Source: Dehalococcoidia bacterium (GTDB lineage Bacteria > Chloroflexota > Dehalococcoidia > GIF9 > AB-539-J10). From it: a stretch of DNA of 64,000 nucleotides. Positions 46,799 to 56,060 of this stretch are shown in pieces (the stretch's first letter is position 1; the number at the start of each line of letters is the position of its first letter). A program made the translations under genes and the position numbers. The notes beneath the pieces are model-generated. The model worked only from the letters and a program-made list of their open reading frames with translations. It had not been told where the DNA came from and searched no databases. The stretch lies in the NCBI GenBank assembly GCA_003562475.1, contig PWUU01000096.1, positions 25,853-89,852 of the forward strand, given 5' to 3'.

Positions 46799-47983
46799 AT
46801 GGCATCGATTCCGCTGGTGAGGGTGTTGACCGACGCGGGCTATGGCTCTCGCCGGCAGTCGTCAATGCTCGTTAAGAGGGGACTCGTCGTTGTGAACGGA
46901 CGCATCGCCTCATCGTTCACCGAAAGAGTCGACCCGCAAGTCGATTCCATCGTCGTGATGGGCAAGAAGCAGGCCGGTGGCGTGACGCGCCGCGTGTACC
47001 TCATGATGCACAAGCCCGAGGGCTATCTGTCGACCACCGTCGATGACAGGGGCAGACCAACGGTTATGGACCTCCTGCCGGAGAATCTGCGAACCTCCGG
47101 GTTGCATCCCGCGGGGAGGCTCGACGAGGATAGCACCGGTCTGCTCATACTCACCAACGACGGACAGCTGACGTACGAACTGACCCATCCTCGCTACGAG
47201 CACGAGAAGGAGTACTACGTCGCGACCACCGGCCGGCTGACCGACGCGGATCTGGACAAGCTGGAGCAGGGCGTGGAGATAGACGGCCGGATGACGTGGC
47301 CTGCAAAGCTCCGGCTGCTGCTGGGCCAGTCGCCCTACACCTACAGCATTACCATCCACGAGGGGAGAAAGCGACAGATACGCCAGATGTTCGCCGCCAT
47401 CGGCCAGCACGCAGCCCGGCTGAAGCGGGTACGAATCGGGGGGTTGGTGCTCGGCACGCTCGAGGAAGGTGCGTGGCGGGAGTTGACGCCCGCGGAGCTG
47501 CGCCAGCTGATGAGAAAGCGACCCGAAGAGCAACGTTCCCCGCGCGCAGGAGGTAGTACAGGAGGTGGTAGAGGAAGTCGTCAGGATGATCGGTACTCAT
47601 CTGCGAGCCGCAGGGCCCCCGCCCGTGATGCCCACCCCACAAGACGACCGCTCACCACGCGCACCCAATCCGTCCGATCACGCGCGGGCACGCGTCCTGA
47701 ATACCGGTCTCAAGAGCACCCCTCGCCAACCGGTTTCAGGCCGGCCTCCGGACAACGCAGGGAACCCCCGTTGCGCAGAGAACAGCAACGCAGCCGGTCC
47801 CATGCTAATCCCTATCGCTCCTCTTCCACAGGGCGTGACCCGCAGCGGGACACGCGACGCGAACCGCGCACCGCTCGAGAACAGGGCCGGCCTCGACGCA
47901 CGACAGGCGAGCGCAGGCCCCGGCCCTTCGCGCGGCGCGGACTCGACGCCGGTGCGAAGCGCAGGGAGCCACGCACATACTAG
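46799..47983 (+). CDS. rluB: RsuA/RluB-family rRNA pseudouridine synthase with about 150-aa Arg/Pro/Ser-rich tail
   Basis: S4 domain, HKPEGYLST, PAGRLDEDSTGLLILTNDG and RQIRQMF. A low-complexity basic tail follows from about 47520. Confidence 0.85.
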   Translation: MASIPLVRVLTDAGYGSRRQSSMLVKRGLVVVNGRIASSFTERVDPQVDSIVVMGKKQAGGVTRRVYLMMHKPEGYLSTTVDDRGRPTVMDLLPENLRTSGLHPAGRLDEDSTGLLILTNDGQLTYELTHPRYEHEKEYYVATTGRLTDADLDKLEQGVEIDGRMTWPAKLRLLLGQSPYTYSITIHEGRKRQIRQMFAAIGQHAARLKRVRIGGLVLGTLEEGAWRELTPAELRQLMRKRPEEQRSPRAGGSTGGGRGSRQDDRYSSASRRAPARDAHPTRRPLTTRTQSVRSRAGTRPEYRSQEHPSPTGFRPASGQRREPPLRREQQRSRSHANPYRSSSTGRDPQRDTRREPRTAREQGRPRRTTGERRPRPFARRGLDAGAKRREPRTY

Positions 47984-49194
47984 GGCGTCGCGCCGCCACT
48001 GCCTCGCCGAATGGCACGGATCAACAGAGGCACCAGGGCAACAGTCGCCAGCACGCTGAGCACAGCGCAGACATAGAATACGGCGCTTATCCCCTCCGCA
48101 TCCGCCACCAGTCCCAACGCACCTGCGGAGAACGACCCCACCCCAAACGCGCAAAAGAAGTACACGCCGTACATGCGCCCCCGCCAGTAGTCCGGACAGT
48201 AGTCGGCAATGAGAGCATTGAACACCGGCTGGCTGAGAAAGTGAAAGAAGGCGAACGCGGCCGCCGCTCCGAGCAAGCCCACACCTCCGAATCCCCACAC
48301 CCCCAGCAATGCAGGTGCGGATACCCCCAGCGAGATGAGCGCCAGCGTCTCCCGCCGCCGCTTATCCGAGAGGTAGCCGCCCATGAACTGCCCGGCCACA
48401 CCGAACAACAGCGCCACCGTGGTAAAGGAGCCGCCAAGCATGACGGGATCGAGGCCCATGACGTCGTGCCTGACGCTCGCGCTGAGATGTGCCGGCAGAA
48501 ACGTCACCACGCCGCGGTAGACCAGGCCGTTGATGACACTGGCTACGAGAATCAACGCGAGCGGAAAAAGAACCGGGCGCAGCGATGCCGTCCCGGTATC
48601 GACCTGTACCGCAGCCGGGGCCTCCGGGGCAACGGCGCGGACCTTGCGCGGCAGCCTGAGGATGAGCAGGCCGAGAACTATGCACGGGATCGCGAAAACG
48701 GCGTACGCGAGCCGCCAGCCCATACCGGAGGCGATGATACCGACCATGATGGGACCCAGGGCGAGTCCCAGGTTGCCCCCGGTTCCCAGGTAGGCAAACC
48801 CCAGTCCGGTGCGACTCGCCGTACGGGCAATGAATGCCGCCGCCACCGGATGGAACAGGCCGAGGGCAACCCCGAGGAGCGCGAGAGCCACGCCAAGTGT
48901 CACAATATCAGGCGCGAGGCTCACCCCTGCTGCGCCAACGCCCATGCCGAGAGCACACAACGCCAGCAATCGCGTCTCGCTCACCCGGTCGGCCAGCACA
49001 CCGACCGGCAGCGCCGTCAATCCATAGGCGAAGCCAAAGACGTTGGCGATGACACCGAGCACGAAGAGGCTGACGCCGAGATCGGCGGCGATCGCAATGA
49101 GCGCCACTCCATAGGCCAGCTCAAGGACATGCAGCAGCCCGTGCAGAATTGACACATAGCCGATGCTCCGGCCCTCGAGGGAAACCTCTGCCAT
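47980..49194 (-). CDS. MFS transporter
   Basis: About 12 hydrophobic helices and the MFS loop motif GVLADRVSETR. The start is set at ATG 49194; the longest ORF starts at 49269. Confidence 0.8.
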   Translation of the reverse strand: MAEVSLEGRSIGYVSILHGLLHVLELAYGVALIAIAADLGVSLFVLGVIANVFGFAYGLTALPVGVLADRVSETRLLALCALGMGVGAAGVSLAPDIVTLGVALALLGVALGLFHPVAAAFIARTASRTGLGFAYLGTGGNLGLALGPIMVGIIASGMGWRLAYAVFAIPCIVLGLLILRLPRKVRAVAPEAPAAVQVDTGTASLRPVLFPLALILVASVINGLVYRGVVTFLPAHLSASVRHDVMGLDPVMLGGSFTTVALLFGVAGQFMGGYLSDKRRRETLALISLGVSAPALLGVWGFGGVGLLGAAAAFAFFHFLSQPVFNALIADYCPDYWRGRMYGVYFFCAFGVGSFSAGALGLVADAEGISAVFYVCAVLSVLATVALVPLLIRAIRRGSGGATP

Positions 49195-49380
49195 AGCGCG
49201 CGCCCCGCTCGAAACGGACAGGAAACCACTACTGTCGCGCGTACCTGGTCCGTACGAACCGAGAATCACCGCAGTCTATCACAGGAAACTCGTCCCAGGG
49301 TAGCTCGCCGGGCCGCTACGTTCAGGCCACACCTCTCCCTCCTGTACACCGCATCTGGACTGTTATGTCAAGGACACAGC

Positions 49381-50450
49381 GTCGTGCCCGCACTCGCGCC
49401 CGCCCGTACGTCATTCACGGCAACAGCATCCACACACCGCGCCGTTGACAGGACGATGGCATTATACGTAGGGGCGGCATACATGCCGCCCGCCCGTACT
49501 TCATTCACGGCAACAGCATCCACACACCCGGCCCCCGACCGGACGGTGGCGGGCCGGATATATCCGGCCCCTGCATATATGGGTGTGCCGGCGTTGGCGA
49601 TGGGGGTGGGGGGTGTCCCCAAATTGCCCGAATTACCCCAGGCCCCGCAGGGTGTAACTGTTCCCACACCGACCCGCAACGCCGATACGCGGCGTCGCCC
49701 ATGGGGCACATCCCCGATTATACGTAGGGGCGGCATGCATGCCGCCCCCCCCCCGTACGTCATTCAGGGCAACAGCATCCACAAACCGCGCCGTTGACCG
49801 GACGGTGGCGGGCCGGATATATCCGGCCCCTACATATAATGGGTGTTTCGGCGTTGGCGATGGGGGTGGGGGGTGTCCCCAAATTGCCCGAATTACCCCA
49901 GGCCCCGCAGGGTGTAACTGTTCCCACACCGACCCGCAGCGCCGATACGCGGCGTTGCCCGTGGGACACATCCGCCGATTATATGTAGGGGCGGCATACC
50001 TGCCGCCCGCCCGTACGTCACTCACGGCAACAGCATCCACAAACCGGGCCGTTGACAGGACGATGGCGGGCGGGTGTGGGAACCCGCCCCTACATGTACG
50101 TATGGTCACACCAACGTGTCCCACACCATCAACGCGGGTTTTCCCACGGGACGGTGGCGGGCCGGATATATCCGGCCCCTGCATATAATCGGTGTGCCGG
50201 CGTTGGCGATGGCGGCGGGGTGGGGCCCCAAAGCCATCATATCCCTGTAGGGGCCGGTTCCCACACCGACCCGCAACGCCGATACGCGGCGTCGCCCATG
50301 GGACACATCCCCCATTATATGTAGGGGCGGCATACATGCCGCCCGCAGCCGTACAGCCCATATCACCACCGAATTCCATTGTAGGGGTCGGTTCCCACAC
50401 CGACCCGGGTGTCGGGGCCGTGTGGTGTCGCCAAATTGCCCGAGCGAACG
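49381..50450. repeat. REP/BIME-like array, left block (GTAG-headed palindromic units, families A-D)
   Basis: Family A, + strand: GTAGGGGCGGCATACATGCCGCCC at 49468, 49724, 49985 and 50321. Family B, reverse orientation: palindromes GGGCCGGATATATCCGGCCC at 49551-49570, 49810-49829 and 50159-50178. Family C, + strand: GTAGGGG(T/C)CGGTTCCCACACCGACCC at 50247 and 50381, plus headless copies near 49660 and 49920. Family D, reverse orientation: 50068-50093. Confidence 0.85.
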
Positions 50451-50684
50451 CTACGCGTAGACCCTGAATGAGCCCCGCAGGGCATCACCGATCTCGCGCG
50501 CCTGTGGCACGTCGGTGAGATCCACGCCTTCGCTCACCCGCAGCCATTCGATGCCAACGGGGCCGTCATCCGCAGCGTAGTCAACGTTGCGAAAATCTCC
50601 AAGGGCCCTGGTGTAGGCGCACGGAGCCTCACGCAGGGTCACGTACAGTGCATCTGCTTCGCGGTCATAGTCAACTCTGAGCAT
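50451..50684 (-). CDS. DUF2283 domain protein (putative antitoxin)
   Basis: MLRVDYDREADALYVTL.. is the characteristic DUF2283 N-terminus. The ATG at 50684 follows GAGGTG, which overlaps the upstream stop. The ORF track starts at GTG 50693. Confidence 0.75.
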   Translation of the reverse strand: MLRVDYDREADALYVTLREAPCAYTRALGDFRNVDYAADDGPVGIEWLRVSEGVDLTDVPQAREIGDALRGSFRVYA

Positions 50685-50694
50685 CTGTGACACC

Positions 50695-50904
50695 TCACAG
50701 CCACATTGCGGATACTACCATGTTCTTGTCCGCATCAATAACCACTTTCAGGCGCCTTCCGTCGGGCAGGTTAAGAATATGCTGCTTGAGCCCTTTCGTC
50801 GGTGAGAGCACCACATCCGGCTTCTCAAGGCACATCTCAACCCACTCTTTCTCAATGCCACGCTGCCTCATCCGATCCCAGGCGTGCTTTGAGTATCGTG
50901 GCAT
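50695..50904 (-). CDS. DUF4258 domain protein (putative toxin)
   Basis: 69 aa: SKHAWDRMRQRGIEKEWVEMCLEKPD...VVIDADKNMVVSAMW. It is tightly coupled to the DUF2283 gene. Confidence 0.7.
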   Translation of the reverse strand: MPRYSKHAWDRMRQRGIEKEWVEMCLEKPDVVLSPTKGLKQHILNLPDGRRLKVVIDADKNMVVSAMWL

Positions 50905-50968
50905 ATATCACTAGCCCCTGTGGCCGGCCTGTAGTCTGACGCCTTGTGGCGTGCCTGTCAAGCAGGTG

Positions 50969-51556
50969 CGCCCAATTCAGGGGACACCATCCCCCGCATA
51001 CCATTGTAGGGGTCGGTTCCCACACCGACCTGCAACGCCGATACGCGGCGTCGCCCGTGGGACAGATCCACCATTATGTGTAGGGGCGGCATACATGCCG
51101 CCCGCCCGTACGTCATTCACGGCAACGGCATCCACACACGGGGCCCCCGACCGGACGGCGACGGGCCGGATATATCCGGCCCCTACATATAATGGTGTGC
51201 CGGCGTCGGCGATGGCGGCGGCGTGGGGCCCCAAAGCCATCATATCCCTGTAGGGGTCGGTTCCCACACCGACCCGCAACGCCGATACGCGGCGTCGCCC
51301 GTGGGACAGATCCACCATTATGTGTAGGGGCGGCATACATGCCGCCCGCCCGTACGTCATTCACGGCAACAGCATCCACAAACCGGGCCGTTGACAGGAC
51401 GATGGCGGGCGGGTGTGGGAACCCGCCCCTACATGTACGTGTGGTCACACCAACGTGTTCGACACCATCAACGCGGGTCTTCCCACGGGACGGTGGCGGG
51501 CCGGATATATCCGGCCCCTGCATATAATGGTGTGGGTGGTGTCCCCGAAGTACGCG
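50969..51556. repeat. REP/BIME-like array, right block
   Basis: Family C at 51006 and 51250. Family A at 51080 and 51324. Family B palindromes at 51163-51182 and 51498-51517. Family D at 51407-51432. Long stretches are near-identical to the left block. Confidence 0.85.
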
Positions 51557-51592
51557 TATGCGGCAGCACTCGAATACCATGAGAGAGCGAAG

Positions 51593-52540
51593 TCAGCCAG
51601 CAGCGGACAGGTTCAGTGCTCTGAAATACTCGATGGTTCGTCGAAGGCCCTCGTCCAGCGGCACAGTTGGGGCAAAGTTCAACTCCCGTCGCGCCAGGCT
51701 GATGTCAGGCCGTCGTCTCCTGGGATCGTCATCCGGAAGCTCCTGCAGCCGGATGAGGGAAGCGCTGTCCGTCAGGCGGATTATCTTCTCAGCCAGCTCG
51801 CGTATCGTCGATTCCTCGGGGTTTCCGATATTGACCGGGCCGACGAATTCCGCCGGGCTCTCCATGAAGCGGATCATGCCGTCGATCAGATCATCCACGT
51901 AGCAGAAGCTCCTCGTCTGCAGCCCATCCCCGTAGATCGTAATGGGCTCTCCTCTCAGCGCTTGAACAATGAAGCTGCTTATGACGCGGCCGTCGTCCGG
52001 CTGCATCCGTGGACCGTAGGCGTTGAAGATTCGCATCACCTTGATCGGAACCCGGTACTGCCTCCAGTAGTCGAAAAACAGAGTATCGGCGCAGCGCTTG
52101 CCTTCATCGTAACAGCCCCGCATCCCTATCGGGTTCACCCGTCCCCAGTAGCCTTCATGCTGGGGGTGCACCTCCGGATCGCCATACACCTCGGCCGTAG
52201 AAGCCTGGAGGATCCTGATCTTTGCTCTTCTGGCCAGCTCAAGCGCATTCACCGCCCCGTACACGCACGTCTTCAGCGTCTGCACCGGATCGCGCCGGTA
52301 ATGGACGGGTGATGCCGGGCAGGCAAGATTGTAGATCCGGTCGACCTCAACGAAGATCGGCAGCGTCATGTCATGACGAATAGCCTCGAAGTTGGCGTGG
52401 GGAATCAGGTGGGCGATATTCCGCTCGCTGCCGGTGGAGTAGTTGTCCACGCAGGTGACGTGGTGACCCGCAGCCAGTAGTCGTTCACAGAGATGAGAGC
52501 CGAGAAAGCCGGCTCCGCCGGTCACCAGGATCCTTTGCAT
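51593..52540 (-). CDS. UDP-glucuronate decarboxylase (UDP-xylose synthase)-type SDR
   Basis: [26 protein letters not shown], the YDEGKR catalytic motif and the typical UXS/ArnA-C length of 315 aa. Confidence 0.88.
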   Translation of the reverse strand: MQRILVTGGAGFLGSHLCERLLAAGHHVTCVDNYSTGSERNIAHLIPHANFEAIRHDMTLPIFVEVDRIYNLACPASPVHYRRDPVQTLKTCVYGAVNALELARRAKIRILQASTAEVYGDPEVHPQHEGYWGRVNPIGMRGCYDEGKRCADTLFFDYWRQYRVPIKVMRIFNAYGPRMQPDDGRVISSFIVQALRGEPITIYGDGLQTRSFCYVDDLIDGMIRFMESPAEFVGPVNIGNPEESTIRELAEKIIRLTDSASLIRLQELPDDDPRRRRPDISLARRELNFAPTVPLDEGLRRTIEYFRALNLSAAG

Positions 52541-52557
52541 CGATTCCTTCCTCTGAG

Positions 52558-53853
52558 TCAGCTGGCACGGACACGTGAACGCCCGCCACCGGACGTCACA
52601 AGGGAGTATGCGCGTTGTGCGAAAGATCTTCTCCGGGAGCCGACGGGCAGCATCCAGTCCAAAAGGCGCTGCGCCCTCCGCGCCGCGCTCCGTATCACAG
52701 GCGACATCGCCTGATTGAGTTCGGCAATTCGGGCGTCCCTGTCGGCGACAGTGTTCTGGAGCACTCCTATGTGGGCATCCCTGTCTGCAACAGTCTTCTG
52801 GAGCACTCCTATGTGGGCATCCCTGTCGGCAACAGTCTTCTGGAGCACTCCTATGTGGGCATCCTTGTCTGCAACAGTGTTCTCAAGCACCTTCAGGTGG
52901 GCGTCCCTGTGAGTCACGGTGCTCTCCAGTTCACGTATTCGCGAATCCTTCGCAGTCACAGCGTTCTTCAGTGCACGTATTTCGCTGTTCCTGACCTTCA
53001 GGTTCTCCTCAAGGCTTCGCAGCAACGCGCCACGTTCGCGTAGCTGGCGAACCTCCGTATCGGTCGGGTGTGCCATGTGCCCGTCACCGAAGGAGCGCAA
53101 CTCCTCAATCACCGGATCATCCAGATGCTGCTCGCATTCCTGCCTGATCCACTCTTCAGTGACGTTCCAGTGCTGCCACGTCATCCGCAGCGTCCTGTTC
53201 CTCCCGCTGATTCGACTCCTGTTCTTCAACCTCCTGTTGATGGCTACCTCGGGATCCGCCATGGCCCAGTGAGCCCCCAGGAAGAACTCGGGTGATGTCT
53301 CTCTAGTGCTGCTCAGGGAGTGGTTTCCCGGCCTGAACTCGATCTCCGCCGAGGGCTTGACCACGATGGGTTTGATGTACAGCGCGTTGGAACACCGGTT
53401 CTCACCTTCAGCGGTGCTGAAGACATCCGCGTCGCCGTGCACTCTCTGGGGGACGGGAGGCAAAGACGGATCCAGATCACTGTCGCTTCTGTGCCGGTAG
53501 ACCTGGAACATCGCCGCCCGGACCACATCGCATTCCTGGCGGGCGAGGAAGCTGTGCGGCGACTCATGAAGCGGGAAGATGAACTCGTCACAATCCAGGA
53601 CGTACACCCAGTCGGCCTGCATGCCGTGCAGGGTCTCATTGATCAGGTTCACCTTGTCAATGTCATCGAGGCCGCCTTCGATGTGCACCCGGTATATGAT
53701 GACATTTGAGGCTCCCTCTAGAATCTCTGAGGTTCCGTCGTTGCTGTCGGTCTCATGGAGCACATGGATTTCATCAAGGTACTCGTAGTGTCGCAGGAAA
53801 TAGGGCAGGAGCAGTGCCTCGTTGTAGACCATGGTCACGGCGGCGATCTTCAC
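52558..53853 (-). CDS. Family-2-like glycosyltransferase with C-terminal repeat-encoded coiled coil
   Basis: The N-terminus has [39 protein letters not shown]. The C-terminus has 14-aa repeats [14 protein letters not shown]. Confidence 0.7.
   Translation of the reverse strand: MKIAAVTMVYNEALLLPYFLRHYEYLDEIHVLHETDSNDGTSEILEGASNVIIYRVHIEGGLDDIDKVNLINETLHGMQADWVYVLDCDEFIFPLHESPHSFLARQECDVVRAAMFQVYRHRSDSDLDPSLPPVPQRVHGDADVFSTAEGENRCSNALYIKPIVVKPSAEIEFRPGNHSLSSTRETSPEFFLGAHWAMADPEVAINRRLKNRSRISGRNRTLRMTWQHWNVTEEWIRQECEQHLDDPVIEELRSFGDGHMAHPTDTEVRQLRERGALLRSLEENLKVRNSEIRALKNAVTAKDSRIRELESTVTHRDAHLKVLENTVADKDAHIGVLQKTVADRDAHIGVLQKTVADRDAHIGVLQNTVADRDARIAELNQAMSPVIRSAARRAQRLLDWMLPVGSRRRSFAQRAYSLVTSGGGRSRVRAS
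52730..52897. repeat. Four near-identical 42-bp tandem repeats (in frame within the GT gene), with 2-3 degenerate copies continuing to about 52985
   Basis: Units at 52730-52771, 52772-52813, 52814-52855 and 52856-52897. The consensus is GGGCATCCCTGTC(T/G)GCAACAGTCTTCTGGAGCACTCCTATGT. Confidence 0.9.
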
Positions 53854-54136
53854 TCGTATGCTCCTTTGGCGTCCAGTGGACAGGCCATTTCTCGTGGGGA
53901 GACCGTAGAAACTCGGGCGTCACCTCGCAGATCCTACCGGGCGGACACGAAGCCGGCCGTCGTCTTGACGGACTGATGCGGTTCCGGATCGTCGATAGGG
54001 CATTCGTCCGTCTACTATTGTACTTCATTGTAAATGCTTCCATAGCGTCTCCGGCATCGGTTATACTCACGCAGAGTGCACACGCATCGACACGTGAAGG
54101 CACCCTTTCGATAGATGCCTGCATAAGGACGCCAAT

Positions 54137-55489
54137 GTGAACATCACGGTATTCGGGACGGGTTACGTGGGACTGGTGGTCGGCGCATGTCTTGCCGATG
54201 GCGGCCACCACGTGGTGTGCGTGGATGTGGATGAGCCGAAAGTAGAGGTCCTGAAGACGGGGCACATCCCCATCTGGGAGCCGGGACTTGAGTCGCTGGT
54301 GCGCGCAAACCTCGATGAAGGACGGCTGCGGTTCACCGCTGATGCGGCAGAGGCCGTGGCATTCGGTCTGCTGCTGTTCATTGCGGTAGGCACTCCCTCC
54401 GATGAGGATGGCTCCGCTGATCTGAGGCACGTCCTCGATGCGGCACGCACGATCGGGGCGCATATGACAGGCTACAAGGTCGTGGTGAACAAGTCCACCG
54501 TACCGGTGGGCTCCGCAGACAGGGTTCGCGCGGCAATCTCCGAAGCACTGCGTGCACGCGGCGTTGACGTGCCGTTCGATGTCTGCTCCAACCCGGAGTT
54601 CCTTAAGGAGGGAACCGCCATTGAGGACTTCACCAGGAGTGCGCGCATCATAGTCGGCACTGACTCGGGGCGCGTCTGTGAGCTGATGCGTGAGTGCTAC
54701 GCCCCCTACAACCGCAAGCACGACAAGATCATCGTTATGGATGCGCGATCGGCAGAGCTCACGAAGTACGCTGCGAACGCCATGCTGGCCACCAGGATAA
54801 GCTTCATGAACGAGGTGGCGAATCTTGCTGAGCGTCTGGGCGCGGATGTGGAGCACGTGCGGCAGGGAATCGGCTCAGACCCCCGTATCGGCTACGATTT
54901 CCTCTATCCCGGTTGTGGCTTCGGTGGGTCGTGCTTGCCCAAGGACCTGCGGGCGCTGGTGCACACTGCCCAAGATGTGGGGTACGAGACACCGGTCCTG
55001 CGTGCGGTAGAAGCGGTGAATCTGCGTCAGAAAAGCCTGCTATTCGAGAAGCTCAGCCACGCGTTTGGCGGAGACTTGAGCGGTAAGACCATCGCAGTGT
55101 GGGGGCTGGCGTTCAAGCCCAATACGGACGACATGCGTGAGGCGCCGAGCCGGGCGCTGATGGAGGCGCTGTGGGCCGCCGGGGCATGCGTACAGGCGTA
55201 TGACCCCGTGGCTATGCCGGAGGCCGAGCGCATCTACGGACACCGGGATGACCTGAGACTTATGCGCAGCCGCGAGGAAGCGGTGAAGGGCGCGGACGCC
55301 TTGGTCATCTGCACCGAATGGAAGGTGTTTCGCGCGGTGGACTTCGACTGGCTCAAGAGCCAGCTTCGCCAGGCGGTGATAGTGGACGGTCGCAATCTGT
55401 ATGACCCGGATGAGGTGAGTCGGGCAGGAATCCGCTACTACGCGGTGGGGCGGCGAGACGGTGTCGTGTCCCCAAACGTGAGAACGTAA
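54137..55489 (+). CDS. ugd: UDP-glucose 6-dehydrogenase
   Basis: GTG start; [49 protein letters not shown]. Confidence 0.93.
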   Translation: MNITVFGTGYVGLVVGACLADGGHHVVCVDVDEPKVEVLKTGHIPIWEPGLESLVRANLDEGRLRFTADAAEAVAFGLLLFIAVGTPSDEDGSADLRHVLDAARTIGAHMTGYKVVVNKSTVPVGSADRVRAAISEALRARGVDVPFDVCSNPEFLKEGTAIEDFTRSARIIVGTDSGRVCELMRECYAPYNRKHDKIIVMDARSAELTKYAANAMLATRISFMNEVANLAERLGADVEHVRQGIGSDPRIGYDFLYPGCGFGGSCLPKDLRALVHTAQDVGYETPVLRAVEAVNLRQKSLLFEKLSHAFGGDLSGKTIAVWGLAFKPNTDDMREAPSRALMEALWAAGACVQAYDPVAMPEAERIYGHRDDLRLMRSREEAVKGADALVICTEWKVFRAVDFDWLKSQLRQAVIVDGRNLYDPDEVSRAGIRYYAVGRRDGVVSPNVRT

Positions 55490-55759
55490 CCCTGGAGGCA
55501 TCTGCCTGCGTGCGTCAGTTCTTGGTGGCTCGCATCTTCCATCGTGGCATGGATGCAACGTATCAAGGACACGGGGATTGCGGGTACCGGACGAGAATGC
55601 TAGCATGGCCAGCATGACAGTCTTGCTCTCCCATGAAGGGGAGCACTCGATGATGAGTGAGGAGCGCAGAGTTACCCTTGTCTCTAGAGGCTTCAGGACG
55701 GATACCATCTTGAGTGATCGGTGAAGCGCTGCTCTACGTAACGCGAGAATAAGAGCATT

Positions 55760-56041
55760 ATGAATCGCCTGACGCGTAAAGATATCATCGTCGCGGCCAT
55801 AATCACTTCTGCCCTCGTTTTGGTCTTTCCGGAGGTGGCCCAGGCCTCTATTGACGTTGAAGGATTGCCCCTAACGGATCACAGGCACTATTTGGACCCC
55901 GGCACAGGCAGCCTCATAATCCAAATGATCGTTGGGTCGCTTCTCGCCGGATTGGCAATGATTGGAGTGTACAGGCGGAGGGTGGGCAACCGCCTTCGAA
56001 AGTTGTTCAGGACACAAAGAGACGATGAGGGAAGCGAGTAG
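55760..56041 (+). CDS. Small membrane protein (93 aa), unknown function
   Basis: N-terminal signal/anchor, a DPGTGSLIIQMIVGSLLAGLAMIGVY helix and a basic C-terminus. It lies immediately upstream of the sulfatase-like gene. Confidence 0.5.
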   Translation: MNRLTRKDIIVAAIITSALVLVFPEVAQASIDVEGLPLTDHRHYLDPGTGSLIIQMIVGSLLAGLAMIGVYRRRVGNRLRKLFRTQRDDEGSE

Positions 56042-56060
56042 CTCGCGGCTCGCGTGTATC

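Noticed and set aside
49381-51556. Possibility that the repeat block is a CRISPR array or an integron attC/cassette array.
   Set aside because: There is no single repeat of fixed length separated by unique spacers of uniform size. The units belong to four families in both orientations, and the inter-unit sequences are themselves repeated. I could not find convincing RYYYAAC/GTTRRRY core sites, and only one cassette-like gene pair is present. The attC idea would still deserve a covariance-model check.
49368-51582. About 20 overlapping ORFs of 60-255 aa on both strands inside the repeat block (for example 49633..50400, 51113..51580, 49384..49797). They encode repetitive peptides such as PPLHIMGDVSHGRRRVSALRVGVGT.
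   Set aside because: They are read-through artefacts of GC-rich tandem/inverted repeats. The same DNA is open in several frames on both strands. The peptide repeats simply mirror the DNA repeats, there are no SD or start contexts, and there are no recognisable domains.
53774-54856. A 360-aa minus-strand ORF, and a 222-aa ORF at 55040..55708, antisense to ugd.
   Set aside because: They fully overlap a + strand gene with unmistakable UDP-glucose dehydrogenase motifs. The antisense translations are Arg/His-rich low-complexity sequence, typical of high-GC shadow ORFs.
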